Assembly: GCA_030390025.1 (NCBI GenBank)
Contig: CM059431.1
Span: forward strand, 145,578,001-145,642,000
Direction of reading: 5' to 3'
DNA from: Squalus acanthias
Taxonomy: Eukaryota
Length of the DNA stretch: 64,000 nt
Under the pieces are notes generated by a model. It made no database searches, was not told where the DNA came from, and worked only from the letters and a program-made list of their open reading frames with translations. This document shows, piece after piece, positions 10,942-22,126 of the stretch. Every line of letters begins with the position of its first letter. Positions within the stretch are counted from its first letter, which is position 1. A program made the position numbers and the translations under genes.

Positions 10942-11254
10942 AGCTTTTTCCCAATGGGGCCAACTTTAGTTCTGTCTCTTTATTACCTGGGGTTCAATTT
11001 CTTCTCTGGGCCCTGGTTTTGTTACCTCGTGTCAAAAAGTTTCTGTTCGATGGTGGCCCTTGTGTTTTCAAGAGGTTAAAGCCTGGGGTTAAAGTAGCCC
11101 GGCCTGCAATGTGACAAAAACATGTTAACTCAGTATGTAATGAACAGAGGCTGAGAGGAAATTAAAGTCGGAAACGTGGCCCCGTGGATGGACATTTCAA
11201 AATAATGCTTGTGTTTCGGAGCTATGCGACAACTGTGAGGGGACATGGAGGTCA

Positions 11255-11558
11255 GTTGAGGGGTTTTGATGGAGTAAATAGGGAGAAACTATATCCGGGG
11301 CAGGAGGGAGGGTAACCAAAGACACAGGTTTAAAATAATTTTCAAACAACCAGAGCAGAGATGAGGAGGATGTTTTCTGCAGCGAGTTGTTCGGATCTGG
11401 AATGAACTGCCTGAAAGGGTGGTGCAGGCAGATTGTACTTGTATACTTATAAAGACACAGTTTGCAGGGCTACGGGGAGAGAGAGGGACTAATTGGATCG
11501 CTCTTTCAAAGAATCGGCACAGGCAGGATGGGCCGAATAGGCTGTATGATTCTATGAT
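11255..11558 (+). mobile_element. CR1 3' fragment
   Basis: tctggaatgaactgcctgaaagggtggt ... gatgggccgaa ... ctgtatgattctatgatt tail. Confidence 0.8.
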
Positions 11559-11921
11559 TTGTTGCAGATTGATGGGGGCCATTTTGCTGCAGGGTGATGT
11601 TGACCATTTTGCGACAGGTTCATGGCGGCCATTTCCCGTTGCCTGTGGGGCCATTTTTAGAGTCCCAGCTGCGCTCTTTTGCTGACACACAGTCTCACCT
11701 TCTTGTGTAAATTGTATATCCAGCCTCCCGAGTAAGACCACCCGCTTCAACAGACCGACAGGTCGCGTCTACAGTGTCGTTTGGAGAAGGTGGGATGTAC
11801 TTTTGAGGAAAATTTATTTAATATATTAAAAAAATGAAGCCAGTTTTTATGAAAATAACGAGGAGACCAGGCGTGAGCTGAAGTATGCGGTGGAGTTTTA
11901 TTAACACAACACAGGGACAGC

Positions 11922-12222
11922 AACAATAACTTGCATTTATATAGCGGCTTTAATGTAATGAAACGTCAGAAGGCAATTCGCAGACAAAATTCGACACTGA
12001 GCCACATAAAGTGATTTCAGGACAGATGATCAAAAGTTCGGTGAAAGAGTTAGGTTTTAAGAAGCGTCTAAAGGAGGAGGAGAGATGGAGCTGCGAACAG
12101 TTTTAGGGAGGGAATTACAGAGTTTCGGGCCTTGGCAGCTGAATTCATGGCGCCAAAGATAGCGATGAAAATCGATGATGAGCAATAGGACAACGGAGTG
12201 GAGAGATCTCGGACGGTTGAAG
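11922..12222 (-). mobile_element. L2-type LINE 3' end
   Basis: aacttgcatttatatagcggctttaatgta terminus, shared with 15851 and 19890. Confidence 0.65.
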
Positions 12223-12225
12223 GGT

Positions 12226-13408
12226 CACTTGTTACAGAGTCTGACTACTCAATGGGAGAGACACACACTGTACACAGGGACACTTGTTGCAGAGTCTGAC
12301 TCCTCACTGGGAGAGACACACATTGTAGACAGGGACACTTGTTACAGAGTCTGACTCCTCACTGGGAGAGACACACACTGTACACAGGGACACTTGTTAC
12401 AGAGTCTGACTCTTCACTGGGAGAGACACACTGTACACAGGGACACTTGTTACAGATCTGACTCCTCACTGGGAGAGACACACACTGTATACAGGGACAC
12501 TTGTTACAGAGTGCGACTCCTCACTGGGAGGAACCACACTGTACACATGGTCACTTGTTACAGAGTGCGTCTCCTCACTGGGAGGACACACACTGTACAC
12601 AGGGGCAGTTGTTACAGAGTCTGACTCCTCACTGGGAGGACACACACTGTACACAGGGACACTTGTTACAGTTTCTGACTCCTCACTGGGAGAGACACAC
12701 ACTGTACACAGGGACACTTATTACAGAGTCTGACTCCTCACTGGGAGAGACACACACTGTACACAGGGACACGTAGTACAGAGTCCGACAACTCACTTGG
12801 AGAGACACACACTGTACACAGGGACACTTGTTACAAAGTGCGACTCCTCACTGGGAGACACACACTGTACACAGGGACACTTGTTACAGAGTCTGACTCC
12901 TCACTGGGAGAGACACACACTGTACACAGGGACACTTGTTACAGTTTCTGACTCTTCGCTGTGAGAGACACACACTGTACACAGGGTCACTTGTTACAGA
13001 GTGCGACTCCTCACTGGGAGGACACACCCTGTACACAGGGACACTTGTTACAGTTTCTGACTCCTCACTGGGAGAGACACATACTGTACACAGGAACACT
13101 TGTTACAGAGTCTGACTCCTGACTGGGAGAGACACACACTGTACACAGGGACACTTATTACAGAGTCTGACTCCTCACTGGGAGAGACACACACTTTACA
13201 CAGGGATACGTAGTACAGAATCCGACAACTCACTTGGAGAGACACACACTGTACACAGGGACACTTGTTACAAAGTGCGATTCCTCACTGGGAGACACAC
13301 ACTGTACACAGGGGCACTTGTTACAGGGTGCGACTCCTCACTGGGAGGACACACACTGTACACAGGGACACTTGTTACAGAGTACGACTCCTCACTGCGA
13401 GAGACACC
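12226..13408. repeat. 53-55-bp minisatellite, about 22 copies
   Basis: Unit cacttgttacagagtctgactcctcactgggagagacacacactgtacacaggga; period 55 at 12281/12336/12391. Confidence 0.95.
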
Positions 13409-13749
13409 CAGGAATACTGAGTGCAATTGTCCCTGTCCCACTGCAGCCAAGACTGAGCCCCACCCTGGGCCCTTCCTGTCAGTGTATTTCCCCAGTGCTC
13501 CATTGGGGAACATTCAGCCCCGGATATCTTGCAGAAGCAGCGCTGTGGGGCCGGGCGGCTTAGTCTCGGGACCCTGTGTCTGGGCCTCTGACCTCACAAT
13601 CGGAGATGATGCGCGCTCAGCTCGAGCTGGAAACCGTTAAAGGGGCCGATAGGATTTAAACCCGAAGCACGGCCGCTTAAAGGGTAAGGCAGACAATCGG
13701 CCAACAGTGGTCATATGATGAGAGCAGTGATGGTCATCAAATGAAATAT

Positions 13750-13837
13750 TCACACAATCACACTCAGTCCGCGTCTGGTTCCCTGCAGCGGCTTCAGCTG
13801 TTTTTCTCCTATTGAACTGAACCGATTCCCCAACAGC
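13750..13837 (-). CDS. NLR gene, terminal coding exon
   Basis: tttcag acceptor; LLGNRFSSIGEKQLKPLQGTRRGLSVIV-TGA; phase 2 matches the upstream exon. Confidence 0.8.
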
Positions 13838-14002
13838 CTGAAACAGATTAAAAATGAAACAGGAGATTAACTGATAGAACAACAATGTAAATAACAGGGA
13901 GGCTGGGGTTAATATTCCAATAATAATTACAGACAAATATTGCCCATTAAAGTGACTGAATCCCATTCATTCCTTACATTAAACATTAACACAAACACTC
14001 AC

Positions 14003-14170
14003 AGGATCCGCTCCAGACTCCTGCAGTTCAGTATGAGGCGGCGGAGAGCGGGGACAGATCCGTCTGTGAAGGAGTTTGATCCCAGGTTCAGACCCGTCAG
14101 TGATCGGTTTGTACTGAGAGCGGAGGCGAGATCCTCGGCACAAGAATCTGTGAGACTGACATCACCCAGC
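14003..14170 (-). CDS. NLR gene, LRR exon (168 bp, capping type)
   Basis: ag/gtgag; LGDVSLTDSCAEDLASALSTNRSLTGLNLGSNSFTDGSVPALRRLILNCRSLERI. Confidence 0.9.
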
Positions 14171-14305
14171 CTTGGATCAGAGAAATAACAGGAATCAGAG
14201 TAAATCCCCAGTGTTTATTAATGAACTATTCGTGATAATTATTATAATGTACAGTGCCAGACATCCAGTTATTATAAACACAATCTCACACCGTCTGGTA
14301 CTTAC

Positions 14306-14476
14306 CACAGTTTCTGTATTTTACAGTCTGGGTTCCTCAGAACCGCTGATAGTAGTTTCACTCCTGAATCTCCCAGTTTATTATTACCCAGGTTCAGATC
14401 CGTCAGTGACCGGTTTGTACTGAGAGCGGAGACGAGATCCTCGGCACAAGATTCTGTGAGACCGACACCATCCAGC
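14306..14476 (-). CDS. NLR gene, LRR exon (171 bp)
   Basis: cag/gtaag; LDGVGLTESCAEDLVSALSTNRSLTDLNLGNNKLGDSGVKLL. Confidence 0.92.
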
Positions 14477-14619
14477 CTGGGGAGCAGAGAGAGAGAAATA
14501 ATATAATTCAGAGTAAACCCCCAGTGTTTATTAATAACATTATTATTGATACTAATATTAATGCAAAGTGTCAGATATCCAGTTATTATAAACACAATCT
14601 CTCACAGTCTCGTGCGTAC

Positions 14620-14790
14620 TGTAGTGTTTGTATTTTACAGTCCGGATTCCTCAGAGTCGCAGACAGTAGTTTCACTCCTGAATCTCCCAGTTTATTATTA
14701 CCCAGGTTCAGAACCGTCAGTGACCGGTTTGTAGTGAGAGCGGAGGCGAGATCCCCGGCACAAGAATCTGTGAGACCGTTAGTATACAGC
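14620..14790 (-). CDS. NLR gene, LRR exon (171 bp)
   Basis: cag/gtacg; LYTNGLTDSCAGDLASALTTNRSLTVLNLGNNKLGDSGVKLL. Confidence 0.88.
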
Positions 14791-14928
14791 CTGGGGATCA
14801 GAGAGAAATTTCAGAAATCAGAGTAAATCCCCAGTGTTTATTAATAACAATATTACTGATTCTATAATAATGTACAGTGTCAGACATTCAGTTATTATAA
14901 AAATAATCTCACACAGTCTGGTACTTAC

Positions 14929-15099
14929 CACAGTTCCTGTATTTTACAGTCCGCATGCCTCAGAGCCGCAGACAATAGTTTCACTCCTGAATCTCCCAGT
15001 TGATTTTTACCCAAATCCAGAACCGTCAGTGACCGGTTTGCACTGAGAGCGGAGGCGAGATCCTTGGCACAATAATCTGTAAGAGCGACTTCAACCAGC
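14929..15099 (-). CDS. NLR gene, LRR exon (171 bp)
   Basis: tag/gtaag; LVEVALTDYCAKDLASALSANRSLTVLDLGKNQLGDSGVKLL. Confidence 0.92.
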
Positions 15100-15204
15100 C
15101 TAAGGATCAGAGAGAAGTCATGGCAAATTCCCACTGTTCATTAATGACACTATAAATTGTAAGGTCCAGTGTTAACATTCAAGAAACACTTGCATTTATA
15201 TAGA

Positions 15205-15286
15205 AGGCAAAATCCTGCGGATACTGGAAATCTGAAATATAAACAGAAAATGCTGGAAATACTCAGCAGTTCAGGCAGCCTCTGTG

Positions 15287-15320
<34 letters not shown>

Positions 15321-15850
15321 GTTAATGTTTCAGGCCTGTGACCTTTCGTCAGAACTGGAAAATGTTACAGATGGAATAGGTTTTAAGCAAGGACAGCGCC
15401 AGGGAAAGGGTGGGAGGGGAGGAAAGGACAACGAGGAAGGACAGGATTGATTAAATGACAACAGGAATGATGGTGCAAGGCAGAACGGCAGCCCCCCCCC
15501 ATTCCAGTCGCTCGGCATGGGCATGGAATCAGTGGGTGGGGAATGGAGTTTGTGGTGGAGTCGGAGACAATGGCTACAGTCATTCCATTATAATTGAAGG
15601 GCGCACCTTTCAGCCTTGCAAGTTCATCCCTTGTGTTATTGAATTACTCCTGCCTTCCACCGTATCACAGATCTTCCCTTTTGTTCTTTGCTCCCCACGC
15701 TTCCCGTGTCTCTGTACTTGCTTAAAACCTGTTGTATAGGTAACATTTTCCAGTTCTGAAGAGAGATCACAGAACTGAAACGTTAACTCTGTTTCTCTCT
15801 CCACTGATGATAGCTGACCTGTTGAGTATTTCCAGAATCTTCTGTTTATT
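15205..15850. mobile_element. Inverted pair of Penelope-like pseudo-LTR fragments (old fold-back)
   Basis: 15240-15450 is the diverged reverse complement of 15650-15850 (gctggaaatactcagc / gttgagtatttccag; ggaaaatgttac / gtaacattttcc). Confidence 0.65.
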
Positions 15851-18800
15851 TTGCATTTATATATCGTGTTTAATGAAGTAAAACGTCCCCAAGCGCTTCG
15901 CAGGAGCGATTATCAGACAAAGTAAGACAGCGGGCCACATAAGCCGACATTAGGCCTGATCAAACAGGTAGGATTTAAGGAGCATCTGAAAGGTGGAGAG
16001 AGTTACAGAGGCGGAGATGTTTATGGAGGGAATTCCAGAGTTTAGCTTCTAGGCAGCTGAAGGTGTGGCCACCCATGGTGGAGTGATGGAAATTAGGGAT
16101 GCGCAAAAGGCCAGAATTGGAGGAGCGCAGATATTTCAGAGTGCTGCGGGGCTGGAGGAGGTTACTCAGTTAGGAAGAGGCGAGGCCATCTAGTAATTTC
16201 AACCCAAGGACCATAATGTTAAATGTATAGCTTTGCCAGACCGGAGCCAATGTAGGTCGGCGAGCACATGGGTAACAGGTGAAGGGGACTTGGTGCGAGT
16301 TAGGATAAGGGCAGCAGAGCTTTGAATGAGAACAAATTTACGGAGGGAAGAAGATGGGAGGACGCCCAGGAGAGTATTGGAATTGTCGAGTCTGGCGGCA
16401 CCAAAAGCATTGATGAGAGTTTCAGAAATAGATGGGCAGATGCAGAGGCAGAGATGGGTGATGTTACGCAGGTGGAAGAAGCGGGCGTGGTGTTGGGTTA
16501 GGAGTTCAAAGCTCAGCTCAGGGTCGATTAGGCCCCCTAGGTTCCGACCAGTATGGTTAAGCCGCAGGTAGTTGTTAGGAATGCATATAGAATCCGAGGA
16601 ACGGGAATGGAATCTGAGCCTTGAGCAGAAGACAATGGCTTCAGTCTTTCCAATATTTCATTGTAAGAAAGTACTGCTCAGCCAGTGCTGGATATAGGAC
16701 AAACAGCGAGAAAAATCAGATGCAGTGGCGAGGTCCAGACAGCTGGTGGTGAAATAGAACAGGGTGTCGTCAGCGTACATGAGCAACCAGACGTTGTGTT
16801 TTAGATTCTGTCAACGAGGGGCAGCATAGAGTCATAGATTCATAGAGTTATACAGCACAGAAAGAGGCCCTTCGGCCCATCGTGTCCGCGCCGGCCATCA
16901 AGCCCTGTCTATTCTAATGCAATTTCCCAGCACTTGGTCCGTAGCCTTGTATGCTATGGCGTTTCATGTGCTCATCTAAATGCTTCTTGAATGTTGTGAG
17001 GTTTCCTGCCTCTACCACCCTTTCAGACAGTGAGTTCCAAATTCCAGCCACCCTCTGGGTGAAAAAGTTTTTCCTCAAATCCCCTCTTAACCTCCTGCCC
17101 CTTACCTTGAAACTATGCCCCCTGGTTATTGACCCCTCTAATAAGGGGAGAAGTTCATTGCTATCTACCCTATCTATGCCCCTCATAATTTTTTACACCT
17201 CAATCAGGTCCCCGCTCAGCCTTCTATGCCTAAGGAAAACAACCCCAGCCTGTCCGGTCTCTCTTCATAGCTGAAACGCTCCAGCCCAGACAACAACCTG
17301 GTGAATCTCCTCTGCACCCTCTCCAATGCAATCACATCCTTCCTATAGTGTGGTGACCAGAACTGCACACAGTATTCCAGCTGTGGCCTAACTAACGTTT
17401 TGTACATCTCCATCATAACCTCCCTGCTCTTATATTCTATGCCTCGGCTAATGAAGGCAAGTATCCCATATGCCTTTTTAACCACCTTATCGACCTGTCC
17501 TGCTGCGTTCAGGGAGCTATGTACATGCACACCAAGGACCCTCTGATCCTCTGTCCTTCCTAGGATCCTACCATTCATTGTGCATCCCCTGCCTTGTTTG
17601 TCCTCCCAAAATGCATCACCTCACACTTTTCAGGGTTAAATTCCATTTGCCACTGTTCTGTACATCTAACCAACCCATCTATATCGTCCTGTAGCCTGAG
17701 GCTTCCATCCTCGCTATTTACTACTCCACCAATGTTCCTGTCATCTGCGAACTTACTGACCATACCTCCTACATTAATATCTAAATCATTAATGTGGAGA
17801 TGAGAAATAGAAGGGTCCAAGGATAGATCCTCAGGGAACTAAAGAGGTAACGGTGTGGGTGCGGGAAGAGTAGCCATTTCAGGAGATTCTCTGGCTATGA
17901 CTGGATAGTTATGAATGTAACCAGTCGAGGGAATTCACAGCCAGCTGGATGACGGAGGAGAGACGTTGACGGAGGATGGAGTTGCCAACCGTGTCCAAGT
18001 CTGCAGACAGGTCGAGAAAGATGAGGAGGGATGGTGTACCACGGCCTTACTCACATACAATTTAATTTGTGACTTTGAAAAAGGCTTTTCAGTGCTGTGG
18101 CGGGGGCAGACACCTGATTGCAGAGGTGCAAACAAGAAAATGCGGGAAAGATGGGTAGGAATTGAGAGACGACAGCACATTCAAAGACTTTGGATAGGAA
18201 AGGGAGTTTGGAATTAGTCCAGAATTTGCAAGGGCAGGGTGATCAATGGTGGGCTTTTTGAAGAGAGGGTGATGACACATATTTGAAGGGGAGGGGGCCA
18301 GTACCTGAATAATATCAGTTAGCATGAGGGCGAGGAAGGGAGGTTGGTGATGTGCCGTTTAGTGGCAATAGTATCGAGATAGCAGGAGGTGGGTCTCATG
18401 AACAAGATTAGCTCAGAGAGGGAATGAAGGGAGATAGGAGAGAAACAAGAGAAAGATCAAAGTTCAGGGCTGGGGCAGTGGGGAACTTTAGTGCAAGTTT
18501 GACCCCGTGAGCTAGGGTAGAGGAGGGGAGCGACAGATGTAGCTGAATAAATTATCTCAATCTTCGTGATAAAGAAGTCGAAGAGCTCCTGCTCCTTTTT
18601 GGAGGTGAGGGTGTTGGGGGCAGTGTAGAGGGGGTTAAGAAGCTATTGTTAGTGCAGAATAGAAACCGGGGTTACCTTTGTACTCCAGGTGGATCATGGA
18701 ATAGTGACCAGTGCTGGCAGAGGAGAGCAGAACCTGATAGTGCTTTATGAGGTCCAGCCACATCTGCCGATTAATGGCTCAACTAGGTGTCCGTAATACA

Positions 18801-19200
18801 TGTTCAAATTTGCGTTCCTTGGAATTAAAGGATAAGAGAAGGGGGCCGCAACTGGGGATCGAAAACGGTGGGGAGAGCAATGGTTCCACTGGGCACAAGG
18901 ATCTCGAAGGTGGAGCTGTGGGTTTGATTGAGTAGACAGGCAGAAATATCGTGGCGAATGGAGGGCCAAAGGTAAACAATTAGGAAACTGAAAGTGCCGT
19001 TGTAAGTGATTTGGGGGAGATATTTTTTCCAGGGGCGGACGCAGCAGGAAGTGCGGTTAGAAAGGGGAAGGCATGTGAGTGGTGAGGGAAAGACGGAAGT
19101 GATGCAAGATGGCCTTATCTGCGATTGAGAGGATGAGATAAAGAAGCCAAATGAACAGCGTAGGAGAGTTTATATGTAGGGGGTGGTTATGTTGGACAGG
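15851..19200 (-). mobile_element. L2-type LINE, interrupted by a CR1
   Basis: 3' tail at 15851; YADD-like gtcagcgtacat near 16770; host sequence gggcagcat|gtggagatgagaaatag joins across the CR1 (compare uninterrupted copy at 20957-20980). Confidence 0.8.
16827..17792 (-). mobile_element. 5'-truncated CR1 nested in the L2
   Basis: KFADD...MEFNPEKCEVMHFG, LVRPQLEYCVQFWSP, FFTQRVAGIWNSL; tail gagtcatagattcatag. Confidence 0.92.
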
Positions 19201-19264
19201 AGGGAAGAGAACTCAGAGGAGATCCAGTTACTGTAAACACAATCTCACACAGTGTGGTGCTTAC

Positions 19265-19435
19265 TGCAGTTCCTGTATTTTACAGTCCAGGTTCCTCAGA
19301 GCCGCAGACAGTAGTTTCACTCCTGAATCTCCCAGTTTATTATTACTCAGGCTGAGAACCGTCAGCGACCGGTTTGTACTGAGAACGGAGGCGAGATCCG
19401 CCGCACAAATATCTGTGAGATCAACTTCCTGCAGG
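19265..19435 (-). CDS. NLR gene, LRR exon (171 bp)
   Basis: cag/gtaag; LQEVDLTDICAADLASVLSTNRSLTVLSLSNNKLGDSGVKLL. Confidence 0.9.
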
Positions 19436-19575
19436 CTGGGGATCAGAGAGACAGGAATGACAGATATAGTTGGAAATCACAGCGTTGATTAACAACACTA
19501 TTAATGATACTAATAATGATGTACAGTGTCAGACATACAGTTATTATAAACACAATTTCACAGTCTGATATTTAC

Positions 19576-19746
19576 CACAGCTTCTGTATTTTACAGTCCG
19601 GGTTCCTCAGAGCCGCAGACAATAGTTTCACTCCTGAATCTCCCAGATTATTTTTACTCAGATCCAGAACAGTCAGTGACCGGTTTCTCCTGAGAGCGGA
19701 GGCGAGATCATTGGCACAAGAATCTGTGAGACCGTTATTATCCAGC
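19576..19746 (-). CDS. NLR gene, LRR exon (171 bp)
   Basis: cag/gtaaa; LDNNGLTDSCANDLASALRRNRSLTVLDLSKNNLGDSGVKLL. Confidence 0.92.
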
Positions 19747-19884
19747 CTGGGATCAGAGAGATAAATAATAGATATCAGGTAAATCACAGCGGGGGTGAAA
19801 TTGGACGTGGGCGGGGACGCAAATAGGCGGTATCACATGTATATGATCCACCAGGTATTAAGTTCCATCGACTTGAATATCAAC

Positions 19885-21335
19885 AGTAACAACAACTTAT
19901 ATTTATATAGCGCCTTTAACATAATAAAACGTCCCAAGGCGCTGCACAGCAATGTTATCAAAACAAAATTTGACACCGAGCCGTTTAAGCAGATGTTAGG
20001 GCATATGACCGAAAGCTTGGACGAAGAGAGAGGTTTTAATGAACGTCTTAAAAGAGGAAAGTGAAGTGGAGAGGCGGGGAGAGCTAGGGAAGGAATTCCA
20101 GAGCTTTGGAACGAGGCTACAGAATGCACAACAGCAAATGTTGGAGCTCTTAAATCGGGGATGTTCCAAAGGCCACACCAGACAGAGCACATAGGTCTCG
20201 GGAGATTATAGGGCTGAAGGAGGTTTCAGAGATAAGGAGGGGCGAGGACATGGGCTGAGTTGAAAACAAGGATGAGAATTTTTAAACCGAGTGGTTGCTT
20301 CACTGGGAGCCAATGGGAATCAGTTTAGGTCAGCAAGCATATGGCGGGGCTGTGGGGCGGGGGGAGAGGTGGGTGAGCGGGAGGATGGGGGGAGGTGGGT
20401 GTGCAGGAGGGGCGGGGGGGTGATGGAGGTGGGTGTGCGGGACTTGTTGCGAGTTAGTACAGGGGCGGCAGAATTTTGAATTACATCAATTTTATGGATG
20501 GCGATACTAAGGAATCCGGCCAGAAATGTATTGGAATAATGAAGTCTGGAAGTGATAAAGGCATGGATGAGGGTTTCAGCAGCAGTTCAGTGGTGGCAAG
20601 GGCGAGAGAGGCAATATCACGAATTTGGAAAGTGGCAGTCTTAGTCATTGAACGGATATGAGGTTGGAATCTCAATTCGTGAACAAATATGACGCCATGG
20701 TTGCGAACAGACTCTGCAGCCTTCGATATTTGCAGGGGAGAGAAGTCGTTTCAGTGGAAAGGAAATGGCGTTTGTGGCGTGAACCGAAGACAATGGCTTG
20801 GGTCTTCCCTATATTTAATTGGACGAAATTTCTATCATACATTGCTGGATAGTATAGAAACGGTGGAGTATTCGGTGGAGGTGGAGGAGAGGGGAGAGTA
20901 TCATCAGCGTACATGTGAAATCTCACATTGTGTAGCCGGATGATGTCACCGAGGTCCAGCATGTAGATGAGAAATAGGAGGGGGCCAAGGTTAAATCCTT
21001 GGGGGAGACCAGAGGTGACGGTGCGGGATTGGGAAGAGAAGCCATTGAACGTGATTCTAAGGTTACGCCTGATAAGATAGGAATGAAACCAGGCGAGTGC
21101 AGTCCCATCCAGCTGGACGTGGAGGCGTTGGAGCAGAATTTTGTTGTCAACCGTGGCAAAGGATGCAGACAGGCCCAGAAGGATGAGAAGGGATAGATTA
21201 CCTTTGTTGCATTCAAGTAGGATGTCATTTGTGACCTTGGAAAGAGCAGTTTAGCTATTGTGGCAGGGGCAGAAGCCTGAATGGAGGGATTCAAACCAGG
21301 AGTTCTGGGAAAGATGGGCACGGATTTGTGAGGTA
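19885..21335 (-). mobile_element. L2-type LINE 3' half
   Basis: FHMYADDT RT motif (ORF 20672-20962), QLNIGKT, L2-type tail at 19885-19950. Confidence 0.8.
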
Positions 21336-21594
21336 TAATATCGGGTGTGCCTGTAACGGTCGGTAAATGCGAATCCGCCAGTTTTGCAAATTCACCAACC
21401 ACTATTTATTACTATTTATTACTAATGCCATTCATGATATTAATAATAATGTACTGTGTTTATTAATAACACTATTACTGATACTAATAATAATATCAAG
21501 TATTTATAATAAAACTATTACTGATACTAATAATAATGTACAGTGTCAGACATCCAGTTATTATAAACACAGTCTCACACAGTCTGGTACTTAC

Positions 21595-21681
21595 CCGAGT
21601 TTCTGTATTTTACAGTCCGGGTTCCTCAGAGCCGCAGACAATAGTTTCACTCCTGAATCTCCCAGTGAATTGCTCTGTAGA
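21595..21681 (-). CDS. NLR gene, first short LRR exon (87 bp)
   Basis: tttag/gtaag; LQSNSLGDSGVKLLSAALRNPDCKIQKL. Confidence 0.9.
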
Positions 21682-22126
21682 CTAAACAAAAGATGAGGAA
21701 CGTATTGATTCACACCCAGCATCTGATTCAAATGTTGTTGCTCCCATATTACAGGAAACATGGAAGCAACATCAGGAACGCAAAGCAAAGATATCACTCT
21801 CTCAAAATTAAACTCAATCGGGCTAATTTGAACTTTTGGCGATAGAGTAAAAGGGGCGACATTGGATCGAGCGCCTACTTTCGGCCTCGTCCAATTTTCC
21901 TTTCAGATGAATGGAAGAAAGAAAGTTCAGCGGTGTAAATTGGCTGCCAATTCACTATCGCTAGTTTTCTGCTACTGCTGCAGACCAATTTCACCACTCT
22001 CTGTATTCAGTAAATGATGTGCTGTCTGTATGAAGCCTTTCAATATCAATTATTCCGGTCTCATTCCCTGATGATCAGAATTACCCTCCTGGAGCTCAGT
22101 GACCGGCCCCGTCATGTTTGGAGAAA

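Noticed and set aside
9554..13408. CRISPR-like appearance of the 29-, 26- and 55-bp arrays
   Set aside because: The units are head-to-tail without unique spacers, there are no cas genes, and the context is vertebrate.
19791..22000. Further MITE-like ends (gggggtgaaattgg at 19791, aaattcacc at 21388, ccaatttcacc at 21985)
   Set aside because: Too degraded to pair or bound reliably by eye.
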